Below are positions 10,170 through 20,460 of a stretch of DNA of 64,000 nucleotides, piece after piece (the first letter of the stretch is position 1; each line of letters opens with the position of its first letter). The notes below the pieces were generated by a model, which saw only the letters and a program-made list of their open reading frames with translations, was not told the DNA's origin and searched no databases. The translations under genes were made by a program, and so were the position numbers. This DNA is from an uncultured Actinomycetes bacterium (GTDB taxonomy: Bacteria; Actinomycetota; UBA4738; JBBDTT01): NCBI GenBank assembly GCA_963742735.1, contig CAVUMN010000001.1:64001-128000 (forward strand), in the 5' to 3' direction.

Positions 10170-10955
10170 TCAGCGAAGCTGGTCCGTGTAGGTGTCGGTT
10201 CCGGGCAGGGTCGGGATGAAGGGCGAGGCCCAGAGCACGCGGCCCCGGCCGGTCGCCTCCACCGCGTCGCCGAGGACGGCGAACGCGTCCCAGCCCTCCT
10301 TCGGGTCGGCCTCCAGGAACGAGAGCAGCAGGAAGCGCCGCGCGTCGTCCGGGAGCCGCGGCACGTCGGCGGGCGCCCCGTCCGGGATCGGGACCGGGGT
10401 GAACGCGAGGGTCATCGCCGCCGAGCCGGTCGTCGCGGCGGGGACGATGCCCGTCTGCAGCTCCTCGAGCAGCGCGTCGCGGCCGGCCTCGTCGTTCGAC
10501 TCCCCGATCACCGCGGCCACGCCCGCGTAGGGGTGGTCCAGGGCGAGCTCGGGCGGGACGCCGTCGTCGTCGCGGAAGGTGCCCCACCGATAGCGGTACA
10601 TCTTCGTGTGGATGTGGTCGCGCTCCGCGAACATGCGGTCCGCCTTGTGGAGGGCGTGGACCTGCTTCGCGGCCCACGTGCCCCACTCGTCCTGAAGGCC
10701 GCGCTCGATCCAGTACAGGGCCAGGTAGGAGCCGGTGAGCTTGTCCGGCGTCACCGGGGAGTCCTCCGGGAACCGCAGATCCTTGTACGGGCGGGTGGCC
10801 ACGAAGCGGCGGCCGGCCAGGATGCCCGGGCCGATCAGGCACCCCGAGTAGAAGTGGTCGCGCTCGTACCACCGGTTGTAGGCGACCTCGTGGCCGGCGT
10901 GGGGCTCGACCACGGTGAACAGGATCGAGCCGAGCCGGATCGGAGCGTGGTTCAC
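10170..10955 (-). CDS. Hypothetical protein, EthD/DUF4286-like dimeric alpha+beta barrel
   Basis: VEPHAGHEVAYNRWYERDH and YLALYWI motifs; tightly packed in the operon. Confidence 0.6.
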   Translation of the reverse strand: MNHAPIRLGSILFTVVEPHAGHEVAYNRWYERDHFYSGCLIGPGILAGRRFVATRPYKDLRFPEDSPVTPDKLTGSYLALYWIERGLQDEWGTWAAKQVHALHKADRMFAERDHIHTKMYRYRWGTFRDDDGVPPELALDHPYAGVAAVIGESNDEAGRDALLEELQTGIVPAATTGSAAMTLAFTPVPIPDGAPADVPRLPDDARRFLLLSFLEADPKEGWDAFAVLGDAVEATGRGRVLWASPFIPTLPGTDTYTDQLR

Positions 10956-10971
10956 GACGGGGTCCGCATCG

Positions 10972-11208
10972 TCAGTCGATCATGGTGAAGGACGGCCGCG
11001 ACGTGGACTCCTCCTCCCACAGCAGCACCGAGCGCACCGCCTTGCCGTTGATGAGCAGGTCCGCGGTGCCTCCCCGGTCCAGCTGGACCTCGATGCCCAC
11101 CGCGGTGCCCTCGTTCATGGCCCCGGACACCACCGCGCGCAGCGCGTCGAGATCGGCGTCCGGCGGGAGCGGCCACCGCTCCTCACCCAGCCGCAGGTAC
11201 TTGGCCAT
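10972..11208 (-). CDS. Small hypothetical protein (78 aa)
   Basis: Strong GAGGAGA SD, ATG start, fills the gap between operon genes, protein-like composition. Confidence 0.7.
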   Translation of the reverse strand: MAKYLRLGEERWPLPPDADLDALRAVVSGAMNEGTAVGIEVQLDRGGTADLLINGKAVRSVLLWEEESTSRPSFTMID

Positions 11209-11220
11209 GTGTCTCTCCTC

Positions 11221-12806
11221 TCACCCCAGGGACGCGGCACGTTCGCGTAGCTCGTACTTCAGCACCTTTCCGCTCGCGTTGAGTGGCAGGGCCTCCACGA
11301 CCTCGATCCGCCGGGGCACCTTGTAGTTGGCGATCCGCTCGCTCAGCCACGCCAGCACGCCCGGGGGATCGATGGTCTTGCCGGCGCGCAGGACGACGAA
11401 GGCGACCCCAACCTCGCCCAGCCGCTCGTCCGGCATCCCCACCACCGCGGCCTGGGCGATGGACGGATGGGTCAGCAGCTCGTTCTCGATCTCCGCCGGG
11501 TACGCGTTGAAGCCGCCGACGATGAACATGTCCTTCACGCGGTCGGTGATCCGGAGGTAGCCGTCCTCGTCCATGACCCCGACGTCGCCGGTGTGCAGCC
11601 ATCCGTCGCACGATGGTCTCGGCGGTCGCCTCCGGGTCCTCGAAGTAGCCCTTCATAACGTTGTAGCCGCGGATCACGATCTCGCCCGGCTGTCCGCGCT
11701 CGGCCTCCTCGCCCTCGGCGTCCACCACCCGCACCTCGGTGTCAGGGATGGCGCGGCCGGACGTGTTGGCGATGGTCTCCGGGTCGTCGCCCGGCCGGCA
11801 CATCGTCGCGGTGCCCGTCGACTCGGTCAGGCCGTACGCGGTGAGGATCGTCTCGAACGTCAGCTCGTCGCGCATCCGGTGGATGAGCTCCACGGGGACC
11901 ACCGCCGCACCGGTGACCGCGAGCCGGAGCGAGGACAGGTTGCGTCCGGCTCGCGACGGCTCCTCGAGGATCGACTGGTACAGCGTCGGCGGCCCGGGCA
12001 GGACGCTCACCCGCTCCTCGTCGATCCGCTCGAGCACCGAGCCGGCGTCGAACACCGCATGGGGGAGCGGTCGTGGCCCCCCGCATGATCGCGGACAGGA
12101 AGCCGGCCTTGTAGCCGAACGTGTGGAAGAACGGGTTGACGACCAGGTACCGGTCGCCCTCGTCGCAGACCGACCACCCGCGACCACACCTCGAAGACCC
12201 GCAGCGTCTGGCCGTGGGTGCACATCACGCCCTTGGGCCGTCCCGTCGTTCCCGACGTGAAGATGATGTCGGAGAGGTCCTCCGCCTTGACGGCGCCGGC
12301 GCGCTGCTCGGCGGCTGATCCCGTGCGCCCTCGAGGCCGTCGCCCAGGAACGCCTCCCAGCCGAGCGCCGCCCTCCCCCTTCAGCAGGACGACCGTCTCC
12401 AGGGCCGGCAGGTCGGCCGCGTCGCCGAGCATCGCCGGGAAGTCGAGGTCCAGGAATCCGCGGACGGTGAACAGCATCCGGGCGCGGCTTCGTCCCAGCA
12501 CGTACGCCGCCTCGCGCCCCTTGAACCGGGTGTTGATCGGCACCAGGACGCCGCCGGCGCCCACCGCGCCGAGCGCGGCGGCGATCCACTCGACGCAGTT
12601 CGGCGCCCAGATCGCCACCCGGTCCCCCGGCTCGATCCCGGCGGCGACCACCGCGGCCGCGCCCGGTCCACGAGCCCCCCGAGGCCGGCGAAGGACATCC
12701 GGACGTCGCCGTCGACGACGGCCTCCTCGTCGGCGAAGCGCTCGACCGAGGATCGGACCAGCCCGGGGATCGAGCCCCACTCCAGGTCGCCCCGCGGCTC
12801 GGTCAC
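11221..12806 (-). pseudogene. fadD3: FadD3-family acyl-CoA ligase with multiple frameshifts (pseudogene or sequencing errors)
   Basis: Consecutive pieces lie in different frames: MTEPRGDLEWGSIPGLV / IIFTSGTTGRPKG / [12 protein letters not shown] / TAYGLTE / [16 protein letters not shown]...NASGKVLK. Confidence 0.7.
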
Positions 12807-12810
12807 GCGA

Positions 12811-13657
12811 TCACCCGCGGAACGGCTCGACGATCTCGGCGAACCGGTCGAGGGTCGGGAGCACCTCGGCCTCCGTCCCGTGGTCGACGCCGAGGACGAC
12901 GTCCTCGATCCCCAGGCTCGCGAAGTACTCGAGCTTCCCGGGCTCGGGGATCGACCCGATCGGCATGATCTCGAGCGAGTCCGGGTCGCGGCCGTTCTCC
13001 TCGAAGCGTTGCCGGAGCTCGGGCATCGCCTTGGCCATTCCGCGACCGCCGATCGGCATCCACCCGTTCGCGTACTCGGCCACCGCGGCGAAGAGCTTGG
13101 GTCCGCCGGACCCGCCCATGAACACCGGCGGCCACGGCTTCTGGACCGGCTTCGGCCAGGCGTTGGAGGGCTCGAACCGGACGTGCTCGCCCTGGAAGCT
13201 CGCCGCCTCGTCCTCCCACAGGCGCTGCATGGCCAGGACGCGCTCGCGAGTGACCGCCCGGCGTTCGGCGTACGCCACGCCGTGATGCTCGAGCTCGTCC
13301 CGGTTCCAGCCGAAGCCCACGCCGAAGATGAAGCGCCCGCCCGAGAGCAGGTCGAGGGTGGCGATCTCCTTGGCCGTCACGATGGGGTCGCGCTGCGCGA
13401 CCAGGCAGACCGCGGTGCCCACCCGGAGTCGCTCCGTCACCGCGGCCGCGGCCGTGAGGGCCACGAACGGGTCCAGACACCGGTAGTACTGCTCGGGCAG
13501 CGGCTCGCCCATGGGGGGCGGGGTCTTCCGGCTGAGGGGGATGTGGGTGTGCTCGGGGATGAACAGCAGCTCGAAGCCTCGAGCCTCCGCCTCGCGCGCC
13601 GACCACGTCGGGCCGGATCGAGCGGTCCGTCAGGAAGATCTGCACGCCGAATCGCAT
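12811..13657 (-). CDS. F420-dependent LLM-class oxidoreductase (Rv2161c-like), frameshift near 13600
   Basis: MRFGVQIFLTD start, PEHTHIP, DPFVAL, GVGFGWNRDE; span is 847 nt. Confidence 0.8.
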
Positions 13658-13659
13658 GG

Positions 13660-14862
13660 TCAGGTGCTCCTCGCGGCCAGGGCCTCCCGGAACGGGAGGG
13701 TACGGTCGGGTTGCTCGTCGCGCGGCAGGCCGAGGACCCGCTCGCCGATGAGGTTGCGCTGGATCTGATCGGTTCCCCCGCCCAGGTGGAACGCCAGGCT
13801 CCCCAGGAACGTGTGCTGCAGCCCGGCCTCGTCGTCGACGGTCCCCTCGGGGCCCAGGAGATGCACCGCCAGCTCGGCCGAGTCCGACACCAGCCCGGCG
13901 AGGACGAGCTTCATGACCGAGCCTTCCGCGTCGGGGATCTGGCCCTTTCCCAGCTTCGAGACGACCCGGGCGTTCAGGAGCTCCAGGATGCGCCCGCTCG
14001 TGTAGACGCGGGCGAGGGCGTCGCGGTCGACGCGACGGAGCCCCGCCGGGGCGGTTCGCGCCGTCGCCGTCAGCCGCTCGAAGGGGATCGCGAAGCCGGC
14101 GGTGGCGGCGCCGAGCGAGACGCGCTCGTTCATGAGCGTGGTCACCGCGACCTTCCACCCGTCGCCGGGCTCCCCGAGCCGGTTCGCGTCGGGCACCCGG
14201 ACCCCGTTCAGGAACACCTCGTTGAAGTGCGACCCGCCGTCCATCTGGCGGAGCGGGCGGACTTCGATGCCCTCTGCGTGCATATTCACGATCAGATAGA
14301 CGAGCCCCTTGTGCTTCGGCAGGTCGAAGTCGTGGCGGGCGATGAGGATCCCCCAGTCGGCCTCGTGCGCCGCCGAGGACCACACCTTCTGGCCGGTCAC
14401 CACCCAGTCGTCGCCGTCGAGCTCGGCGCGGGTGGTCAGGTTGGCCAGGTCCGATCCCGCGCCCGGCTCGGAGAACAGCTGGCACCACAGCTCCTCGCCG
14501 GCCAGGAGCGGCGGAAGGAACCGGGCCTGCTGCTCCTCGCTTCCGTGGGCCACGATCGTCGGGCCGGCCATGCCGAACCCGGGGATGTCGAACGGGACGT
14601 TCGCGCCGACCCGCGCCTTCTCCTCGGCCCAGATCGTCCCCTCCACGAACCCCAGGCCCCGCCCGCCGAACTGGGGGGGCCACGACGGCGCGGCCCACCC
14701 GTCCGCGTGCAGGACACGGTGCCAGGACCGGGCGACCTCGGTCGGGTACGGCGGCTCGCCCGCGACGCCCTCCGCCGCCTTCCACGCCGGGAAGCGCTCC
14801 TCGAGCCACGCACGGGCCTCGGCGCGGAACTCGGCCTGGGCGGGGGAGTCCTTGAAGTCCAT
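13660..14862 (-). CDS. Acyl-CoA dehydrogenase (alpha-type)
   Basis: WCQLFSEPGAGSDLA, GQKVWSS, LMNER, GGTDQIQRNLIGER. Confidence 0.92.
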   Translation of the reverse strand: MDFKDSPAQAEFRAEARAWLEERFPAWKAAEGVAGEPPYPTEVARSWHRVLHADGWAAPSWPPQFGGRGLGFVEGTIWAEEKARVGANVPFDIPGFGMAGPTIVAHGSEEQQARFLPPLLAGEELWCQLFSEPGAGSDLANLTTRAELDGDDWVVTGQKVWSSAAHEADWGILIARHDFDLPKHKGLVYLIVNMHAEGIEVRPLRQMDGGSHFNEVFLNGVRVPDANRLGEPGDGWKVAVTTLMNERVSLGAATAGFAIPFERLTATARTAPAGLRRVDRDALARVYTSGRILELLNARVVSKLGKGQIPDAEGSVMKLVLAGLVSDSAELAVHLLGPEGTVDDEAGLQHTFLGSLAFHLGGGTDQIQRNLIGERVLGLPRDEQPDRTLPFREALAARST

Positions 14863-16022
14863 CAGCCCCGCCCCAGGATCAGCCCGCTGGTGGGGACGCC
14901 GACGCCGGCGGTGACCAGGACGTGCTCGGCGCCGTCGATCTGGTTCGTGGCGGTCCCCCGGACCTGCCGGACGCCCTCGGCGACGCCGTTCATCCCGTGG
15001 ATGTACGCCTCGCCCAGCTGTCCCCCGTTCGGGTTGAGCGGCAGTCCGCCGCCCGGGCCGATCCCCGTCTCGCGGACGAAGTCCGCGGCCTCGCCGGGCC
15101 CGCAGAACCCGAACTCCTCGAGCTGGATGAGCACGAAGGGAGTGAACGGGTCGTAGATGATCGCGGTCTGCACGTCCGCGGGCTTCAGGCCGGATTGTTC
15201 CCAGAGCTGGCGGGCCACGACCGCCGCCTCGGGAAGGCCGGTGATCGAGGGCCGGGAGTAGCTGGTCATCTCCTCCTGGTCCGCGCCGGAGCCCTGGGCG
15301 ACGGCCTCGATCACCGCCGGGGGCTGGGTCAAGTCGCGGGCCCGCTCAAGGCTGGTGACCACCACCGCGACGGCGCCGTCGGACTCCTGGCAGCAGTCGA
15401 GCAGTCGGAGCGGCTCGACGATCCATCGCGAGGACTGGTGATCCTCGAGGGTGATCGGGCGCTCGTGGAAGAACGCCGCCGGGTTCGTCGCCGCGAACGC
15501 CCGGCACGCGACGGCCACGTTGCCGAGGTCCTCGGTGGTGGCGCCGTGCTCGTGCAGGTACCGCTGGGCGAACATGGCCACCCACCCGGCGGGCGTCGAA
15601 AGCCCGAACGGCAGGTACCAGCCGTAGTGGATCGTGGACGAGGTCGGCTTGCCGGCGATGCTCGTCCCGAACCGGCGCCACGAGCGGCCGTTCAGGGCGC
15701 GGTAGCAGACGACGGTGGTGGCCGCGCCGGTGGCCACGGCCATGGCGGCCTGGTGGACCACGCCGCACGCCGCGCCCCCGCCGTACCCGATCCGGGAGAA
15801 GAACGTGAGGTCGCCCATGCCCAGGGCGCGGGCGATCTCGATCTCCTCGTTGGCGTCCATGGTGAACGTGACCATTCCGTCGACGTCCGAGGGCAGGATG
15901 CCCGCGTCGGCCAGGGCGGCGCCGACGGCCTCGACGGCCAGCCGGAGCTCGGTCCGCCCCGAGTCCTTCGAGAACTCGGTGGAGCCGATCCCCGCGATCG
16001 CGGTCGCTCCCGAAACGCTCAC
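14862..16022 (-). CDS. ltp2: Steroid side-chain aldolase Ltp2
   Basis: GIGSTEFSKDSGRTELRLA, DCCQESDG, GGQLGEAYIHG, GVPTSGLIL; igr-type synteny. Confidence 0.88.
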   Translation of the reverse strand: MSVSGATAIAGIGSTEFSKDSGRTELRLAVEAVGAALADAGILPSDVDGMVTFTMDANEEIEIARALGMGDLTFFSRIGYGGGAACGVVHQAAMAVATGAATTVVCYRALNGRSWRRFGTSIAGKPTSSTIHYGWYLPFGLSTPAGWVAMFAQRYLHEHGATTEDLGNVAVACRAFAATNPAAFFHERPITLEDHQSSRWIVEPLRLLDCCQESDGAVAVVVTSLERARDLTQPPAVIEAVAQGSGADQEEMTSYSRPSITGLPEAAVVARQLWEQSGLKPADVQTAIIYDPFTPFVLIQLEEFGFCGPGEAADFVRETGIGPGGGLPLNPNGGQLGEAYIHGMNGVAEGVRQVRGTATNQIDGAEHVLVTAGVGVPTSGLILGRG

Positions 16023-16444
16023 GCCGGCAGCTCCACGTCCACCGTCCCGGTCACGTGATCGCCGAGGGCATTGGCACCGCGGATCTCCACGGTCACGCGG
16101 CCGCTCGCCGGGTCGGCCTCCGCGACGCGGCCGGTGAACCGCATGGTGTCTCCCGGGTAGCTCGGCACACCCAAGCGGATCGCCACCCGCCGCACGATCG
16201 CCTCCGGCCCGGCCCAGTCGGTCACGTACCGTCCGACCAGACCGTTCGTCGTCAGGATGTTCATGAACACGTCCCGGGCGCCGTGGCCCCGCGCGGCGTC
16301 GCGGTCGTGGTGCACGTCCTGGAAGTCCCGGCTGACGATCGCCCCCCCGATGACCAGCGCCGGGGTCACGTCCACGTCGACCGGCGGGAGGTCCTCGCCG
16401 GCGGCGACCGCCGTACGTGACCGGGTGGATGGAAGGCCCGTCAT
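16019..16444 (-). CDS. chsH1: MaoC hydratase subunit ChsH1
   Basis: RDFQDVHHD, DVFMNILTTNGLV, LGDHVTG. Confidence 0.88.
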   Translation of the reverse strand: MTGLPSTRSRTAVAAGEDLPPVDVDVTPALVIGGAIVSRDFQDVHHDRDAARGHGARDVFMNILTTNGLVGRYVTDWAGPEAIVRRVAIRLGVPSYPGDTMRFTGRVAEADPASGRVTVEIRGANALGDHVTGTVDVELPA

Positions 16445-17535
16445 CGTCCTTCCCCCGCCGCCAGGAGCTCGCCCAGGCGGGCCAGGTGTCGCGTGCCGGA
16501 CCCGAGCCGCAGCTCGAGGTCCTTAGCCCACAGGGTGTACCGATGCAGCGGGTACTCGACGTCGACGCCGATGCCGCCGTGCAGGTGCTGCGCGGTGGCC
16601 GCGACCCGCTGGCCGCCCTCGGCCGCCCAGGCCTTGGCGACGGCGACCTCCTCGCCGGCGGGCAGCCCCTCGTCGAGCTTCCAGGCCGCCTGCCACATCG
16701 TCCACCGCATGATCTCGATGTCGACGTAGGCGTCGGCCAGCCGCTGCTGCACGGCCTGGAACGCCCCGAGTGGCTTCCCGAACTGCTCGCGGCCGGACAC
16801 GTACTCGGCGGTCATCCGCAGGGCTCGCTCTGAGACGCCGACCTGGACGGCGCAGGTGGCCACGACCGCCCTCGGCATCAGCCAGTCGAGCAACCCCGGC
16901 GTGCCGTCCTCGCCGACCGGCTCCCCGTTCACCGCCTCGAGGACCACCCGGAACCGCGGCTCGCGGCTGGTGCCCGTCTGGGTCTCGAGCGTCGCGAACC
17001 CGGCGTTCACCAGGAACGCTTTCGGGCCGTCCGGGGAGGTGGCGGGCACCAGCACGGCGGCCGCGCGCGTGACCGCGGGCACGGCGTCGACGACCCCCGT
17101 CAGGCTCCAGCCGTCCGCCGACTGCGCGGCGTGGACCGTGGGGCCCCCGCCGTCCGGGTTCAGGGCGGCGGTCAGGACGACGTCGCCGGCCGGGACGCCG
17201 CGAAGCAGCAGGTCGCGCTGCCCCTCGGTGCCGAACTCCGCGATGGGCATCGCCCCAAGAACGAGGGTGGGAAGCAGGGGGACCGGCGCCACCGTGCGGC
17301 CCTGTTCCTCGAGGAGCAGGCATGCCTCGGCCATGCCGCCGCCGTTGCCGCCGAGCTCCGGCGGCACGCCGACGCCGAGCAGCCCGGCGCGGGCCAGCTC
17401 GGCCCACAGGCTCGCGTCGTGGTGGTCGGGGCCGCCCTCGACCTCCTTCAGCCGGTCGGGTGTGACCAGGTCAGTGAGGATCTGCCTGGCCAGATCGCGC
17501 AGCGCCCGCTGGTCCTCGTTCGGCGCTAGGTCCAT
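16441..17535 (-). CDS. fadE28: Acyl-CoA dehydrogenase ChsE1/FadE28-like
   Basis: REQFGKPLGAFQAV, HLHGGIGVDVEYPLHRY; lies between chsH2 and chsH1. Confidence 0.72.
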   Translation of the reverse strand: MDLAPNEDQRALRDLARQILTDLVTPDRLKEVEGGPDHHDASLWAELARAGLLGVGVPPELGGNGGGMAEACLLLEEQGRTVAPVPLLPTLVLGAMPIAEFGTEGQRDLLLRGVPAGDVVLTAALNPDGGGPTVHAAQSADGWSLTGVVDAVPAVTRAAAVLVPATSPDGPKAFLVNAGFATLETQTGTSREPRFRVVLEAVNGEPVGEDGTPGLLDWLMPRAVVATCAVQVGVSERALRMTAEYVSGREQFGKPLGAFQAVQQRLADAYVDIEIMRWTMWQAAWKLDEGLPAGEEVAVAKAWAAEGGQRVAATAQHLHGGIGVDVEYPLHRYTLWAKDLELRLGSGTRHLARLGELLAAGEGR

Positions 17536-18497
17536 CAGGCGACCACCTCGAACACCGGGAGGGTGAGGTCGTCGTCGACGGCCTCGAACGCGACCCGGAC
17601 CGGGAGGCCGATCTCGACCGACGCGGGGTCGACCTCGATCAGGTTGGACACCACCCGCACGCCCTCCTCGAGCTCGACCAGGGCCACGACGAAGGGCGGC
17701 GTGAACCCGGGGACCGGGGGGTGGTGGTGGACGACGTAGCTGTAGATCGTCCCCCGGCCCGAGGCCACGATCGTGTCCCACTCGAGCGACCCGCACGCGC
17801 CGCAGGCGGGCCGGGGTGGATGGCGGAGGACGCCGCACGCGGCGCAGCGCTGGATCCGAAGCTCCCCCGCCCTGGCGCCCTCCCAGAAGAACGCGGTGTC
17901 GTCGTTCATCGCCGGGTGGGGCCGCCGGCCGGTGTCCGGGGCGTCTCCCGCGACGAGGGAGGTGCGTTCCTTCGCCCGGTACATCAGCAGGCGGAAGCGC
18001 TGCGTCCCCACGACCTCACCGGCCACGTCGGTGTACTCGCACCGGCAGGTCACGAAGAACCCGTCGCCGATGGCGGTGTGCTTCTCGTCGGAGACCGTCT
18101 CGACGAAGGTCGTCGCGGTGACGCGATCGCCGGGGCGGAGGTAGCGCGCGTACTCCTGCTCGCAGTCGGTGGCGATGATCGAGGGATACCCGGCGTCGGC
18201 CAGCAGGCGGATCAGCGCCTGCGGTGGAGAGCCCGGACCGCCCTTCGTGCGCAGGCCGCGCATCGGCCAGACCTGGAGCATCGTCGGCGGCGCCACCAGA
18301 CCGCCGTGCGCCGACGTCGCCGCGGCCTCGGCGTCGGTGTAGACCGGGTTGTGGTCCTCCAGGACCTCGCACCAGTGGCGGATCATCGCGGCGTTCACCT
18401 CGTCGGGCGCGACGAGCGGATCGGCCGCCTGCTGCCCCTCGAAGGCGCGGAGCCGGGTCAGGAGGTCCTGCTCCGTGGCCGCGGCCGTGTCCGTCAC
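17535..18497 (-). CDS. chsH2: Bifunctional MaoC-N/DUF35 hydratase subunit ChsH2
   Basis: VNAAMIRHWCE, APPTMLQVW, CEQEYARYLRPGD, C-terminal QRCAACG..CGACG OB-fold. Confidence 0.88.
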   Translation of the reverse strand: MTDTAAATEQDLLTRLRAFEGQQAADPLVAPDEVNAAMIRHWCEVLEDHNPVYTDAEAAATSAHGGLVAPPTMLQVWPMRGLRTKGGPGSPPQALIRLLADAGYPSIIATDCEQEYARYLRPGDRVTATTFVETVSDEKHTAIGDGFFVTCRCEYTDVAGEVVGTQRFRLLMYRAKERTSLVAGDAPDTGRRPHPAMNDDTAFFWEGARAGELRIQRCAACGVLRHPPRPACGACGSLEWDTIVASGRGTIYSYVVHHHPPVPGFTPPFVVALVELEEGVRVVSNLIEVDPASVEIGLPVRVAFEAVDDDLTLPVFEVVA

Positions 18498-19675
18498 GCC
18501 CGGCTCCTCGGGAGCCCCAGGCCGGTGGTGGCGATGATGTCGCGCATGACCTCGTTGACCCCGCCGCCGAACGTCAGCACGTACGCGGCCCGGTAGTGGT
18601 GTTCCAGACGGCCGTCGAACAGCGCGCCGAGGGACCCCTCGCGGAGGCTGCCGGCGGCGCCGGTGACCTCCATGAGTGCCCGGTACACCTCGGGGAACGT
18701 CTCGGTCCCGTACACCTTGGCCGCCGACGCATCGGCCGGGCTGAGCTCGCCCTGGGCCAGGCCCCAGGCCATCCGCCAGTTCAGGAGCTTCACGCCCTCC
18801 AGGCGCATCCGCGCCCGGGCCAGGGCCAGCTGCACCCACGGCACGTCGATGACCCGCCCGCCGCTCTCCGCGGGCGTCTCACGGGCCCAGGCGAGGGTTC
18901 GCTCGAACACGTCCTCGGCCTTGCCCGGCGACGCCAGGGCCACCCGCTCGTGGTTCAGCTGGTGGGTGATCAGCCGCCAGCCCTCGTTGAGGCCGCCCAC
19001 CACGGCGTCGTCGGCCACCCGGACGTCCTCGAAGTACGTGGCGTTCGTCAGGCCGTCGTCGATCGTGTGGATCGGCGTCCACTTGAAGCCCGGCGAGGCG
19101 GTGTCGACGATGAAGATCGTGATGCCACGGTGCTTCGGCGCGTCCGCGTCGGTGCGCGCGGCGAGCCAGACGAAGTCCGCGTCGTGGGCGCCGGTGGTGA
19201 ACACCTTCTGGCCGTTGATGACCCAGCCGTCGCCGTCACGCACCGCGCGCGTCGTGAGCGACGCCAGGTCGGTCCCGGCCCCCGGCTCGGTGTACCCGAT
19301 CGCGAAGTGGCATTCGCCCCGCAGGATGGCGGGCAGGAAGCGGTCCTTCTGCGCCTCGCTTCCGAAGTCCATGAGGGTTGGGCCGACGGTGTTCAGGGTT
19401 ACGACCGGCATGGGCGCGCCGGCCCGGCGGGCCTCGTCGAAGAAGATGTACTGCTCGATCGGACCGCGACCCTGTCCGCCGTACTCCACCGGCCAGCCGA
19501 TGCCCAGCCACCCGTCGGCCCCCATCTGCCGGACCAGCCGCCGGAACTCCTCGCCGAAGTGCTCGCCGATGTTGGGGCCGAGGTCGCGGCGGACCTCCGG
19601 GGGGATGAGCCGCTCGAAGTACGCCCGGAGCTCCTGCTTGAGGGCCTCCTGCTCGGCGGTGTACGCGAGGCGCAT
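18494..19675 (-). CDS. fadE29: Acyl-CoA dehydrogenase ChsE2/FadE29
   Basis: FAIGYTEPGAGTDLASL, NGQKVFTTGAHDAD, TNATYF, FGGGVNEVMR. Confidence 0.82.
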   Translation of the reverse strand: MRLAYTAEQEALKQELRAYFERLIPPEVRRDLGPNIGEHFGEEFRRLVRQMGADGWLGIGWPVEYGGQGRGPIEQYIFFDEARRAGAPMPVVTLNTVGPTLMDFGSEAQKDRFLPAILRGECHFAIGYTEPGAGTDLASLTTRAVRDGDGWVINGQKVFTTGAHDADFVWLAARTDADAPKHRGITIFIVDTASPGFKWTPIHTIDDGLTNATYFEDVRVADDAVVGGLNEGWRLITHQLNHERVALASPGKAEDVFERTLAWARETPAESGGRVIDVPWVQLALARARMRLEGVKLLNWRMAWGLAQGELSPADASAAKVYGTETFPEVYRALMEVTGAAGSLREGSLGALFDGRLEHHYRAAYVLTFGGGVNEVMRDIIATTGLGLPRSRA

Positions 19676-20460
19676 CAGCCGGCGGGGTGCGCCTTGATCC
19701 CCGGCCAGCGGATGTAGGCCCCGACCCCTCCGTCGATCACGAACTCCGAGCCCGTGCAGTAGCCGCTCTCGTCCGACGCCAGGAACAGGCACAGGTTCGA
19801 GACGTCCTCGGCCGTGGCCAGACGCCCCACCGGCACGGCCGGAGACAGGAACTTGGCCATCGCCACCGCGTCGACGCCCGGGATGCTGGCGGTCATGTCC
19901 GTTGCAACCGCGCCCGGGTGGACCGAGTTGACCCGGATGCCGTGCTGGCCGAGCTCGACGGCGGCGACCTTCGTCATTCCCCGGACCGCGAACTTGCTGG
20001 CGGTGTACGCGACCAGGAACGGACCGCCGAACATCCCCTCGATCGAGGAGATGTTCACGATCGATCCGCCCCCCGCCCGCTTCATCGGCTCGATCGCGCT
20101 GCGCATCCCGAGGAACACCCCGACCTGGTTGACCTGGATGACCTTCAGGTAGTCGTCCAGCGTCGTGTCGGCGAGCGCGCTGAACCGCAGGATCCCGGCG
20201 TTGTTGACCAGGACGTCGAGCTTGCCGAACTGCGTCTCGACGGCCTCGACCGCGGCCGCCCAGTCGTCCTCGCTGGTCACGTCCAGATGAAGGTAGGCGG
20301 CGGCGTCGCCGAGCTCGTCGGCCAGCGCCTTGCCCGCCTCGTCGGTCACGTCGGCGATCGCCACGCGAGCGCCCTCCGCCACGAACCGGCGAGACTCCGC
20401 CGTCCCCTGGCCCCCGGCGCCGCCGGTGATCAGCGCCACCTTGCCGTCGAGGCGTCCCAT
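19675..20460 (-). CDS. SDR, 3-alpha(20-beta)-hydroxysteroid dehydrogenase-like
   Basis: GKVALITGGAGGQG, NNAGI, YTASK, TGSEFVIDGG. Confidence 0.8.
   Translation of the reverse strand: MGRLDGKVALITGGAGGQGTAESRRFVAEGARVAIADVTDEAGKALADELGDAAAYLHLDVTSEDDWAAAVEAVETQFGKLDVLVNNAGILRFSALADTTLDDYLKVIQVNQVGVFLGMRSAIEPMKRAGGGSIVNISSIEGMFGGPFLVAYTASKFAVRGMTKVAAVELGQHGIRVNSVHPGAVATDMTASIPGVDAVAMAKFLSPAVPVGRLATAEDVSNLCLFLASDESGYCTGSEFVIDGGVGAYIRWPGIKAHPAG

Noticed and set aside
12806-13700. KstR2 operator (AnCAAGnnCTTGnT) upstream of the fadD3-like gene
   Set aside because: The intergenic gaps are only a few nucleotides and no match was seen by eye.
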